From Trichomonas gallinae (Eukaryota), in NCBI GenBank assembly GCA_008369845.1, contig MRSU01011081.1, forward strand, positions 1 to 37,514: a stretch of 37,514 bases of DNA, in the 5' to 3' direction. The stretch's first letter is position 1, and every line of letters starts with the position of its first letter. A program made the position numbers and the translations under genes. Below are positions 20,593 through 31,394 of the stretch, piece by piece. The notes below the pieces were generated by a model. That model saw nothing but the letters and a program-made list of their open reading frames with translations. It was not told the DNA's origin and searched no databases.

Positions 20593-21149
20593 AACCGATG
20601 AAAAAAATGATGAGCTCACTTTAATCGTTTTCTAATCAAATGCGGACGATAGAAACCCATGAAATTTTTCAATATTGGTCAGATGAAAATCTTACTTCAT
20701 TGGTGCTTTTGGGATATTTTAGACGACTATGAAAAATTTTATATAAATTTTGATAATAGAATTTGCATAGAGAAAAATTTTGTATATATGATTCTCGTAT
20801 CGCATGACGGGTTATGCGTGAGAACACTTGTATTGGGTACGATTTCCAAATTATTGTTGATTAATTGTAAAACTTTCAAATTAAGGATTAAAATCAGATA
20901 AGAATTATGCATAACAGATGGTTATACACGCTAATATGGATACTGTGGTGTTTCCACGTGTTAGAGAGTGCATCTACGAGAGTTCACATGTAATCATTTT
21001 CATGGAAAAACACCAGGATATAAGGATCTCGCAAAAATCGCAAGTACATTGATTTACAGCATATATAGGAGATCAAGATGCTGTTTACGATTGTTTAAAC
21101 GAGTTTATGTTGTGGACAATCAAATCAATTTTCAGTCAGATACAGGTTG

Positions 21150-21303
21150 TTTACGTGGTAAAAAAATTGTTTTACATGGCATATATTAGGTTTACTTGTC
21201 AATTTTAGGGTTTTACTTGTCATTAAATTTATTTACGTGTTATTTTTAATGTTTTATATGTCATAAATTGTGTTTTATGTGTCATATTTGTGTTTACGTG
21301 GCA
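21150..21303 (+). repeat. Eight-copy phased array of TTTAYNTGNYA upstream of TFB5
   Basis: Copies start at 21150, 21171, 21191, 21212, 21232, 21253, 21274 and 21293. Confidence 0.9.
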
Positions 21304-21318
21304 TGTTTGGTAGTATTA

Positions 21319-21573
21319 ATGTCGTACGGCGTTCCGAAGCAGGGTGAGTTTATAGAGTGCACCGATTCTGCAATAAGAGAGTACTTAATATACTTGAATA
21401 GCAAGGAACCCCAAGAGCATAAATTCATTATCGCCGATATTGACGATAGATTTTTATTCATTAAAGCAGGTGTTGCTGATAAATTAAAAGAGAAGATCAA
21501 TTTGCTAGTCACAAGTAATACATTCGCTGAAGAAGATCGTGATTCTAAAAAGAAGAGACTCAAAGTTATTTAA
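21319..21573 (+). CDS. TFB5: TFIIH subunit Tfb5/p8 (GTF2H5)
   Basis: KQGEFIECTDSAIREYLIYL...FIIADIDDRFLFI...NTF pattern; 84 aa from ATG 21319. Confidence 0.85.
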   Translation: MSYGVPKQGEFIECTDSAIREYLIYLNSKEPQEHKFIIADIDDRFLFIKAGVADKLKEKINLLVTSNTFAEEDRDSKKKRLKVI

Positions 21574-22210
21574 TCCCACTGGCCCATTCGCCATGTGTGT
21601 TATTCAAATTGTTAGATTATTTTATACTACATATAAGGCCATATAATTTGGCCATCTATTTGTTTTGGAATAAATTGTTTTCTGTTTTATGTCCCGTTTT
21701 TTCTTGTTTTCGTCTAATATAGACCATATTACGTTTTTCAAGTCATTGTACTGAGAGTTATGAGTGCTGTAAGCCGTTTTTCGGTTCATTTTACGAAACA
21801 ATCTTTAATTTTGACTGATTTTGCAATAAATAGATTAGGAATTCGATAATATTGAGGAATCAAGAGTTAATTTTCCATGATCAATTGTGAGCGGAATTTG
21901 AAACATGGCAAAAAATGTATCATTTTCTCGTGATTTTGCAAAAATCCCCTTAAATTTCGGAAAATTAACATATTTTAAATCAATGAAAATACTCTATTTT
22001 GGAGCTTCTTTCATTTACTCATTCATTTCATTAAATATCTCAACATATGTATATTTTATTCTAAAATATGCGCAAGGAATATCATTGAGAGTGACTGATT
22101 ATGAATATAAAAAGGAGTTGGCAGTTATGGATAGATCTATTTCAACATATATTATTTATTATTAATATAAAATTACAAACAATAAAGTTAAAGAATAAAT
22201 TATAAGGGAA

Positions 22211-23038
22211 TTAAAAGCCATTTTCCCAATATGTATCTAGTCTAGTGTCTATTGCAATAGAATGTTCATCTAAGTGATCTTCAAGATCAAATCTGAACGG
22301 TGAAGACTCAACAATTTGAAGATAATCGTCATCAATAGGCATAGACGCCTCTGATGAATAATGAATGTCGATCGTAGCACCAAATGGATTTGGATCTGAA
22401 AAGGGGATAGTTGCTGAAGACGATGATTCATTGGCCGAAAGGAATATTTTATCAGGCGGTGTTGATAGTTGAGTCTGAAAGATCTGAGGAATTGGCGGCG
22501 CTTGTCTCTTTGGTGCGAAATTCTGTTGAAAGTATTGTCCTTGAATTTGATTTGTACGAGGAGCAAACTGCAGTGGGCGACCCAAAGATAGACGATGCCT
22601 TGAAAGCCATGACCATCTATTTTTAACAGCATTAGAGGATCTGCCAGGAAGGAAATGAGCTATTTTAGACCACATGTTACCATGTAACTGCTGTTGTTTA
22701 AGTAGTATTTGATCTTCCTGGGCTGTCCAGTTATCTTTATTCAATGATGGGCAAAGCTGATTAGTCCATCTTTCTCTACATTGTTTTCCTGTCCTTCCGC
22801 TAACTTCTGTCGCGACTAAAGACCAGTTACTCATGCCATGTTTCGTAACACTCTCAATTAGCATCCGATCTTCTTCAGGTGTCCATTTCGATTTTTTCGA
22901 AGGGCCATCCTTCGTTTGGGGTTTTGGCGGTGCAGCACAGGGAGAAGACGCTGATGTTGATTCTGAGAAGTTTTCTTCCGGCAAGGGTAAAATGTCCTTA
23001 CCAGAAGTCATAATATTTGCTTCTTCTAAACAATCCAT
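22211..23038 (-). CDS. R2R3 Myb transcription factor
   Basis: KWTPEEDRML...W...RTGKQCRERW and WTAQEDQIL...GNMWSKIA...PGRSSNAVKNRW. Confidence 0.95.
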   Translation of the reverse strand: MDCLEEANIMTSGKDILPLPEENFSESTSASSPCAAPPKPQTKDGPSKKSKWTPEEDRMLIESVTKHGMSNWSLVATEVSGRTGKQCRERWTNQLCPSLNKDNWTAQEDQILLKQQQLHGNMWSKIAHFLPGRSSNAVKNRWSWLSRHRLSLGRPLQFAPRTNQIQGQYFQQNFAPKRQAPPIPQIFQTQLSTPPDKIFLSANESSSSATIPFSDPNPFGATIDIHYSSEASMPIDDDYLQIVESSPFRFDLEDHLDEHSIAIDTRLDTYWENGF

Positions 23039-26000
23039 TTTTTTATAATTTTATTTTCTTAAGTTTACAATAATTTTCATTGGTTTACATCAATTTTGAC
23101 TACTTTACATGATTGAAAATTTTTTATAATAATTTTAATGTGTGTCATTACATGATTTATTTTTGCAAATGAATGAAAATTCAGAAAAATTTCCACATTT
23201 TTTTATCAACTCATTTGGAGAGTGATATAAATCATAAATATTCAAGGAAAAATGTGAAATCAAGCATTTTTGAACGTTATTTATCATAAAAATTGAATGA
23301 TATTTGATGGGAATCAATTATGTTCACCTTACTGTATTATTATTTTTAAACTTAGCAAACTCAATTTGAGGATTCATCTGAAATTTTTTATTTGTGCAAT
23401 CAAAACATTGAAGTCGGTTTTATCCCTATTACATATAAGGTCCGTTTGCTTTTTATCCTATTTTTTAATTAGTCTTTTTTTTGTTCAAAAATAACCTCAT
23501 TTTCTCAAAGAATATTATCTATATACATATTTTATATCATTTTCTTATTTATTGTAATCGATATTTTTTAACTTCATTTTCTCAAAGAATTTTTTATTTG
23601 TTTAGCGTTTTATATGTTTTAGACAGGATTTTGATAATTAATGAAGATTCCTTTGTAGCGAAATCGAATAATCGTTTTTTTTTGCACACCAATCAAAAAT
23701 GATTTTATTTTCATTGTTGCATTGCTATGCAAGCAATGAAAATCGTATGAATTTCAAAAACCAGAACAAAAACCTTTTCATTTTGTTTATTCTTCGATTT
23801 TCAGCCTTAAATCTTCGTTATCACATCACGTTACTTAATGGAAAACTTATTTCAGCAATTTCTCTATAAAACACTATAAAATTTTCATAATCATAACCCA
23901 AAAAGTGCTGAGTTTTCCACCGAAAATCTTATATATCCTTGGTTCTTGGAAAGGAGAATTCTTTCACATTACCAAATCATAAGGGTATGTTATTGGCTGG
24001 TAAATCAATTGTTTTGGGGATTTTTCATTGCATTTTGCATTTTCATATCGAACAAATCTAATATATTAGTAATATTGCAATGCACAGATACTCTATTTAT
24101 ATACTGTTCATGCTAAGGGATAAGATATCTTATAGATCCTAAAATATCACTTTGAATATGAGAAAATATTTAAGATTTAGTTATATACACTTTGCATTAG
24201 TTGATATCTACATATACTGAATTCAATTACTATAAAAAATCTTATCCATGACACTTTCTCTTCAACTGATATTTTATTTTTGCTTTTCAAACAATTTACA
24301 TTCAGCTTGAACATCAACTATCGTTCAGAGTTGAAATATGATCTGCTAGAATACTTTGGAATATAAATATTTTATCAAAATCGAAATATGCATAATCAAA
24401 ACTACTCTCGCTTATATTCTATGTAAATAATGCACAAAAAAACTATATACTCTATCCGATAAGAGACTATATACATATTCCAGATTCCTCGATCAGTTTA
24501 CACGCACAATGTTCCTATTGAATGATATGCATATATTCATGCAGAGTATAAAGATTGAATTCCTGATTTTAATTTCATTTTTGTTGAGATTTCTGATAAA
24601 ATATATGAATTTTAATGATTTTTTGAGTTATTGGCGGGGAACACATTGAACCACGCAGTATAGTACATACAGATATCATAAATACGATTATATACGCGAT
24701 ATCCTAATAATTTATGAACGAGATTTAGTGAACGATCGATAAAATTAATTAATTCATGAAACTATCTTGGATTTGCGATATGTAACTACCATATATTTAT
24801 AATTCGATGACCGATTGTTCACATTTCGAGTTATTACGAGATTCTAAAATTGATGAAAAGCGTAATTTGAATTTGTGATGCATCATATGCGAAGTACGCT
24901 CACAAACGGAAAATTAGACGGAATATCGGGGTGAGAGTATCGACAGAGCGATACACGATCGAAAAGAATTTATTTTTTATTCATCCTCCGTTTTATCGGA
25001 AAGAAGGATATGGGAACCTTTATGCAATGCATCAGTAGACTCAAAAGAAAAAGTATCAATTGATATCATGAACGTTGCAAAAACTTTTCGATTAAAATTA
25101 CTCCCGCTGGATATAAAATCTTTATATTCAGGAAAACTCATCAGATGCTTCATCTGTCACTGAAATAATCAACATTTCGCATTTATATGCATCTATTTCG
25201 ACAATTATTATATAGTTTTCCCAAAACGTTGCAGGTATCAAGGAAATAAGGAAGCACAGGTAGTAGTTACCAAAGCCTCCGATAAAAGTGTTGGAACGAA
25301 AAGAAAACACTGGTTGAACTTTACAGTTTGTTGTATTTTGGTGATTTACATCTCTTCAGAGCCTATAAAACTGTTTCCTTGAATTGAAATTAAGCAACAG
25401 GATTTTCAAATTTTGATTTCAGAGAGATTTGTGATAGTGAAAGTAAAACAGGTATAATCCTTGTAACCTATGTCAGATATCCCTATATATCGAATCAGGA
25501 CAATTCTATTTTAAAACTTACCAATTCAGAATAATTATCCATGCTCAATTCAATACTCTTTGATGCAAAAAGGTATATAATCTGATAAAGTATATGAATA
25601 ATCCCAAATTAGGATTAAATATTAAAGGTGGTTTTTGTGATTGGGAATAAAATGAAGAAATTGCAGAATTATACTTGAAATAGTATTATTGAAAACTGTG
25701 GTAACAAGTTGGTGAAATAATAAATATATTCTCAATTAATTCAGAACGTGGGATAATTTTAAGAAGATAATTGTACAACCTTTTGGTTATAGTATTATAT
25801 TATAGCCTGTATAGAATATAATGTTAAAATTTTAAGCACTTCACTAAATAGTCAAGACCATAAACTCGATATATTGATCAGAAACACCTATTCGAATTGT
25901 TTTAAGCAAATGCAATAGAGCAACAGAATAAATTTTGAATCAGTTCTCAATGTGATTTAATTTGAATAATTCGCAAATTTAATTTTGGTATAATATTAAA

Positions 26001-26601
26001 GTATATATGATATAAATGATCTTTGACCTTTTTGAGACTTTTCAATATTGATGGATTGCCATTTTCAATTTCTTTCAACTTTTCATAAAAAAATATATCA
26101 GATGCTCTATATACTATATAGAACAATATTGCGAAATTTTTGGGTCAGTAATTATACCAATCAATTAGAAACCGCCATATTCAGAAGAATACTCATGTTA
26201 AAAAAATTTTTTACCAATAATGACTCATTGGACTCAGATAAGATAGTTATGAACTTTCTTCTGCAAATATTCAAGAACAAGAGATTGAATGGTTCCTATT
26301 CATTTGACGCATAAAAAGTGACGAATTCTCTTTTTTTGAATTCTTCATTTCACTCATAAAATTTCAAAATTTTGAACATTATGATATACAGAAAGAGTAG
26401 AGTAAAATTTTCTAGAAAAGCAAATTTACGTCTGTTATCAAAAACTGTATTCGTCCACTTAAATTTGAGAGTGCTGATATTGAGAAAGATATTTTTACTA
26501 TCTTTGGTAAATATGTTACCCGCATGATTATCAGCAAATATTAAAATTTCAAAAATTCTCGTTATTCACTCAAAATTTTTTGCTTCATTTTTAACGTGAC
26601 A

Positions 26602-27117
26602 ATGATCAGCATCACAGCACATCTCAAGGATGGAAACAAGCAGCGCGTCTCCGTCGACAAAACAGACATGGTTAGAAAGCTCTTAGACTTTCTCCCACAA
26701 ACTCACAACTACGTGATTGTCATAAATGGCGCAATTATCAACGATTGCTTCTCATTCCAATACTATGACATCAAAGATGGTGACCATGTATTGGTCATTC
26801 CTACCACAAAGAAGCCAGAAGAAAAAATTCTGACAGAAAAATACGCCAAAAGAGTAGATCTTTCAGTTCAGCGCAGGTTCATGATTGCTCAGGGATTCCA
26901 CCCAAGATCATGCTATGAACTTGTTCTTGAAACAACAAGAATTAGTGAAAATTTCATCCTCAAGTCTCAGATGAAGCCAGCTCTTTCACGCTCTGTTGAC
27001 AGGAAGTGCATGGAGTTAATCAACGATATCCAACCAGTAGCTCCACCAACACCACGCTTAGTTACATATGATGCTCCAGTTAACCCCTCTACTGAGGCAT
27101 TGCCATCATTTTGGTAA
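26602..27117 (+). CDS. Ubiquitin-like domain protein (trichomonad family)
   Basis: N-terminal Ubl fold (INGAIINDCFSFQYYDIKDGDHVLV), C-terminal PSTEALPSFW; Inr TCATTTTT at 26585. Confidence 0.75.
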   Translation: MISITAHLKDGNKQRVSVDKTDMVRKLLDFLPQTHNYVIVINGAIINDCFSFQYYDIKDGDHVLVIPTTKKPEEKILTEKYAKRVDLSVQRRFMIAQGFHPRSCYELVLETTRISENFILKSQMKPALSRSVDRKCMELINDIQPVAPPTPRLVTYDAPVNPSTEALPSFW

Positions 27118-27738
27118 GCATATGATATTATTGTTATTTTTTATATTAAATTGTTTGTTTTTGTTTAATTAAGAAATTGATTTTTTTCAACTTTAAGTGA
27201 TTGCTAGTGTTTTCGGCTATAGATAGTTATAGACATTGTCATTCAAATTCCGAGACCTGTAAGACGATTTCGCATAAAATTAAAAAAAGATCGTTGATTA
27301 TTTCATTGGATTGATCAAAGACGAGTTCTAATCAATAATCGCATTATTTAAAAATATTATATTCTAGTATATAAACGCATGACACCTAAAACATGTTTTG
27401 TCAGCGATGTTGAAATTTGACGTAATAAGATTCTGTTAAATTGTAACTTTCGTTATAGGGAACAGATAGACATTTACAAGGCTATATAATAGAGCGAGTT
27501 AAATGGTTGATTAATGCTTTTTATTTCTTGAATATTTTGAGATTTTCATGATTGCTATGAAAAATAGAATAATTATGTGATGTAGATGGATATTTTCGTG
27601 TTTTAAGGTAAAATAATTTCGTAAATTTTTTCCGATTTTTTGGTTATTTATTGTTTTTTGAGCTAATACATTAAAAAATGGCCAAAAAACTAGAAATGGA
27701 CGGATAGCGGAGAAAAATTTTATTTTTTTTTATTGTCG

Positions 27739-28542
27739 ATGGTTTCTTGTTCCGGAGATTATGTTCACTGGATTGCGAAAATCTTTGGAGAGTGTGTGGT
27801 TACTGACCGCGACAAGTATTCATTTGCGTTCGGTATTTCCTCGACTTTAATCTGGATGTGGGCGCAATTACCACAAATTTACATTAATTTCAAATTACGA
27901 CGTGCTGATGGCCTATCACCGTTCTTTTTGCTCTTTTTAATCTTGGGCGATGTTTCAAATCTCACAGGATGTTTATTAACCGGCGGATTAGTTACACAAG
28001 TCATTACTTCTACATTTTTCTGCTGCGTGGATGGATTCTGTATGCTCCAGTGGATATATTTCGAATGCATTCACCCGAAAATTTGTCCACCAGAAGTTGA
28101 TATGTCGCTTCAAACAGAAGGCACGAACGACTACATCCTAGCACCTGGATTGATTCCAGCTGGCGCTGCATTGGCAGCTTTTGCCCTTACAAAAGATTAT
28201 CCAGATCCTTATTCCAAAGAATATCTTACAGGAACATTAATCGGATGGATTTCGGGAGTCGTCTACTCCTCATCACGCGTATTTCAGATCATTAAGAACT
28301 TCCATCGCAAGGAAACAGAAGGGTTATCTATCCAATTCTTCATTTCAGCTTGGCTCGGCAATTGCACTTATGCCATTTCTATCTTCCTCAAGGACTCTCA
28401 TTGGGGGTACTTGTGGATGCAATTCCCATGGCTTGTTGGAAGTATGGGACCAATGATTTTAGATTTCTTAGTTTTAGTTCAGTTCTTTATGTACAGGAAG
28501 CAGTCTGGTAAGACATCTCAGAAGTACGAAGCATTAGAATAA
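27739..28542 (+). CDS. PQ-loop repeat protein (PQLC2/Ypq-like lysosomal amino-acid transporter)
   Basis: AQLPQIYINF...GLS and SRVFQIIKNF...EGLS repeats, multiple TM segments, WLVGS motif and C-terminal YEAL. Confidence 0.9.
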   Translation: MVSCSGDYVHWIAKIFGECVVTDRDKYSFAFGISSTLIWMWAQLPQIYINFKLRRADGLSPFFLLFLILGDVSNLTGCLLTGGLVTQVITSTFFCCVDGFCMLQWIYFECIHPKICPPEVDMSLQTEGTNDYILAPGLIPAGAALAAFALTKDYPDPYSKEYLTGTLIGWISGVVYSSSRVFQIIKNFHRKETEGLSIQFFISAWLGNCTYAISIFLKDSHWGYLWMQFPWLVGSMGPMILDFLVLVQFFMYRKQSGKTSQKYEALE

Positions 28543-28598
28543 AGATATTGTCTATCAATGTGAAATTTTTTATTAAATACAGAATAACATAATAACAT

Positions 28599-29042
28599 TT
28601 AATTTGAATTTCGGCAATATTCTTTTATCTTAGGCATGTTCTCGTTTAACCAATCCAGAAGCACTGCTTTTTCAAGCATTTCATCAGTAAAAGCAATTTG
28701 GTTTTCTTTAGCGAATTTAGCAGCAAATTTCCTTAATTCGACAATACTCGTTGAAATTTCAGCGTATTTAGAAATATCTTCGAGAATCTTTTTATTGCGT
28801 TCTTCTAATTCGTGATCTTTCTTTTTGTAATTGCCTTTACCTTTCTTACCATTGGAATTAATACTGCTTGTAACTTTGCGAAGAGATGTTACAATGATTT
28901 TCGCAGATTGTTCATCGGTTTCGATAATTTTACGGAATTCTTCATCAGCAGCTGCAAGTGCTGAATCTATCATGTTATAATTGATTTTTCCGAGGTATCC
29001 ATCTGCATTGAGTTTCTTCCCGCCTTTTATTAGTTCTACCAT
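28599..29042 (-). CDS. Hypothetical protein
   Basis: ORF with probable ATG 29042 preceded by Inr TCATTTTTT (29052-29061, minus). Confidence 0.75.
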   Translation of the reverse strand: MVELIKGGKKLNADGYLGKINYNMIDSALAAADEEFRKIIETDEQSAKIIVTSLRKVTSSINSNGKKGKGNYKKKDHELEERNKKILEDISKYAEISTSIVELRKFAAKFAKENQIAFTDEMLEKAVLLDWLNENMPKIKEYCRNSN

Positions 29043-29303
29043 TATGTGTGCAAAAAAATGACAATAATTTTGCCACATAAATAAAATTTTGGCAAATTTT
29101 TGAAATCATTTCAATACATGTAAACAGTTTTTGTCATAATTAACAAATTTTTGCCAAATAAAATTATAATTTTTCTAAGAATTTTACAATTTTGACATTT
29201 TTCGTCTTGTAAAATTGGCAAAAATCATATCGATAAGAAATAAATTAATTTGACAAATAAACTTAATATTTGCCGTCATTTGCTCAAAAGTGACATAAAA
29301 ATT

Positions 29304-29960
29304 ATGTGGTACGGATGGAATATATTTAGATTCCTTGCGGATGGATCCCATTTGATATCATCGCTGTTGCTCCTGTCAAAGATGTTCAGCAAACATTCTT
29401 GCGCTGGAATTTCCCTCCAAACAAATATTCTTTATTTAATCGTTTTTATCACACGATATGTTAATGATGAATTCTTCGAACCTCCGTTATATAATATTTT
29501 GTTTAAGATTTTCTACATCGGAAGCACATTACTCACGATTATTCTTATGCTTACAAAATTCAAGAAAACATACAACAGAAAACACGACAGTTTCCGCATT
29601 GTTTGGATCCTTGCTGTGTGTGTAGTAACCACAGCACTTTCAACCAGGAATTTTTCACGCATTGAAGTAACTTGGACATTTTCACTCTGGGTCGAAGCCT
29701 TTGCGGTTCTCCCTCAACTTTTCTTGCTTCAAAGGACACAGCGCACCGATGTCATGACGCACACATACATTTTCTTCCTTGGAATTTATAGACTTCTTTA
29801 TATCATTAATTGGATTCACAAATCAATTCAATACAAACAAATTAGAACACCACTAGTGATGTGGATCACTGGAATTATTCAAACCTTGCTTTATATCGAT
29901 TTCATTTATTATTACATCAAAGCAGTTATTTCTGGCAAAGAGTTCGAACTCCCTCGTTAA
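29304..29960 (+). CDS. ERD2: ER lumen protein retaining (KDEL/HDEL) receptor
   Basis: NIFRFLADGSH, SCAGISL, WTFSLWVEAFAVLPQL, YRLLYIINW, QTLLYIDF and C-terminal ELP. Confidence 0.95.
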   Translation: MWYGWNIFRFLADGSHLISSLLLLSKMFSKHSCAGISLQTNILYLIVFITRYVNDEFFEPPLYNILFKIFYIGSTLLTIILMLTKFKKTYNRKHDSFRIVWILAVCVVTTALSTRNFSRIEVTWTFSLWVEAFAVLPQLFLLQRTQRTDVMTHTYIFFLGIYRLLYIINWIHKSIQYKQIRTPLVMWITGIIQTLLYIDFIYYYIKAVISGKEFELPR

Positions 29961-30542
29961 TTGAATATTACTACGAATATTATTATACTTCAATATTATT
30001 ATATTTTTGTTATAACAAATGTTTATTTAATAAATACTTTGACAATCAAACTACTACTGATTTTATACGCTTTTCCGGTATTCATTAAGCCAGATTTAGC
30101 TTCAATAATCAATAATGAAAAGATCAAAATTCTTTTGATGCTAAGAAATATCTAATATGGAATGCAGTTTCTTCAAATCAAATTAACTGTTACTTGATAA
30201 TTCATCCTAGAAATCTAATGGCATAAGATTTGACAATTTGACATTTTTAGGTTTACATTTTCATTTCCAAAATTATTCTAAAATATGATATGGAATCATA
30301 TTAAATAGCTAATTTTCGGTAAATTTTGAATATTTGTTCGCATTTAGAAAAATCAATACGAGAGTTTGGACATAAACTCATATATGCATAGAGAATTGTA
30401 AGATACAAAAAATTTCGGAAATTTCATGGTAAAATATCAATATTTTTCAAACTTTTCGTTTTTGATTAAAAATTTCGCATTTATTTGTAATAAATATTAC
30501 AAATATCACAAATTTAAAAAGAAAAAATTTCATTTTTTTTCA

Positions 30543-31289
30543 ATGGAAGAAGGTAAAATCTTAGTAACATTTGATATTGATGGAACATTGATGCTTGCAG
30601 GAAACCGCGGCCAGGACCATAGAGATTCCATGAGGCATGCACTTAACGTCTTATACGGCATCAATCTTTGCCCAAGTGAATATTTGCAAACACATTTTGC
30701 TGGATATTCAGATTACAAGATCGTCACAGAGTGCGTTCGTAAAGCAACAAACAAAGAAGAAGTAACGCCAGAAGAAATCTACAAATTCTACGATATTGCA
30801 ACAGAAAAATTCAAAGAAATTCATACAGGCAACACCATCGTTTATCCTGGCATTTATAAGGCTCTCGAGAATCTCAGCCAGCATAAAAACGTAATTATTG
30901 GCCTCTGCACTGGTAATATTCCAGGAATCGGATGGATCAAGCTCGAGAAGACAAATATGGCTAAATACTTCGATCGCAAATTGGGTGGATTAGGTTCACA
31001 TCCAAATCGTGCAGACATTTTGCAATCTGTTATTGACAAAGCTACCGAATTATACGGGAAAATTACCAGAGTAATTCATGTCGGCGACGCTATGCAGGAT
31101 GTTCAGGCAGCCTTAGATGTTGGCGCTCTCGCTGTCGCTGTTGATACTGGATCCCAAAAGAATAAGATTTTCAAACAACCTTGTTTCGTCTTTGAGAACC
31201 TTGAGGTTTGCATGGATGACTTCATGAGTGTTGTTTTGACCGGGAAAACAGTATCTGGCGCTGATCACGTTGATCAAAAATTTAAATAA
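30543..31289 (+). CDS. HAD-superfamily hydrolase
   Basis: Motif I FDIDGTL, motif II CTGN, motif IV VGDAMQD; Inr TCATTTTT at 30530. Confidence 0.9.
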   Translation: MEEGKILVTFDIDGTLMLAGNRGQDHRDSMRHALNVLYGINLCPSEYLQTHFAGYSDYKIVTECVRKATNKEEVTPEEIYKFYDIATEKFKEIHTGNTIVYPGIYKALENLSQHKNVIIGLCTGNIPGIGWIKLEKTNMAKYFDRKLGGLGSHPNRADILQSVIDKATELYGKITRVIHVGDAMQDVQAALDVGALAVAVDTGSQKNKIFKQPCFVFENLEVCMDDFMSVVLTGKTVSGADHVDQKFK

Positions 31290-31394
31290 ACAAATTCTAC
31301 CTATCTCAACAATACAAAAGCTAAAAATAAATCATTACAATATACAAAACATCTATAATTTACATAATAACAAAATAAATAATTTCAAATTATG

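Noticed and set aside
20968..21189. Short ORF and alternative-frame GDQD word
   Set aside because: No supporting motifs; cannot assign to a family.
21150..21303. CRISPR-like array
   Set aside because: Repeats are only 11 bp and degenerate, spacers ~10 bp, the context is eukaryotic and there are no cas genes.
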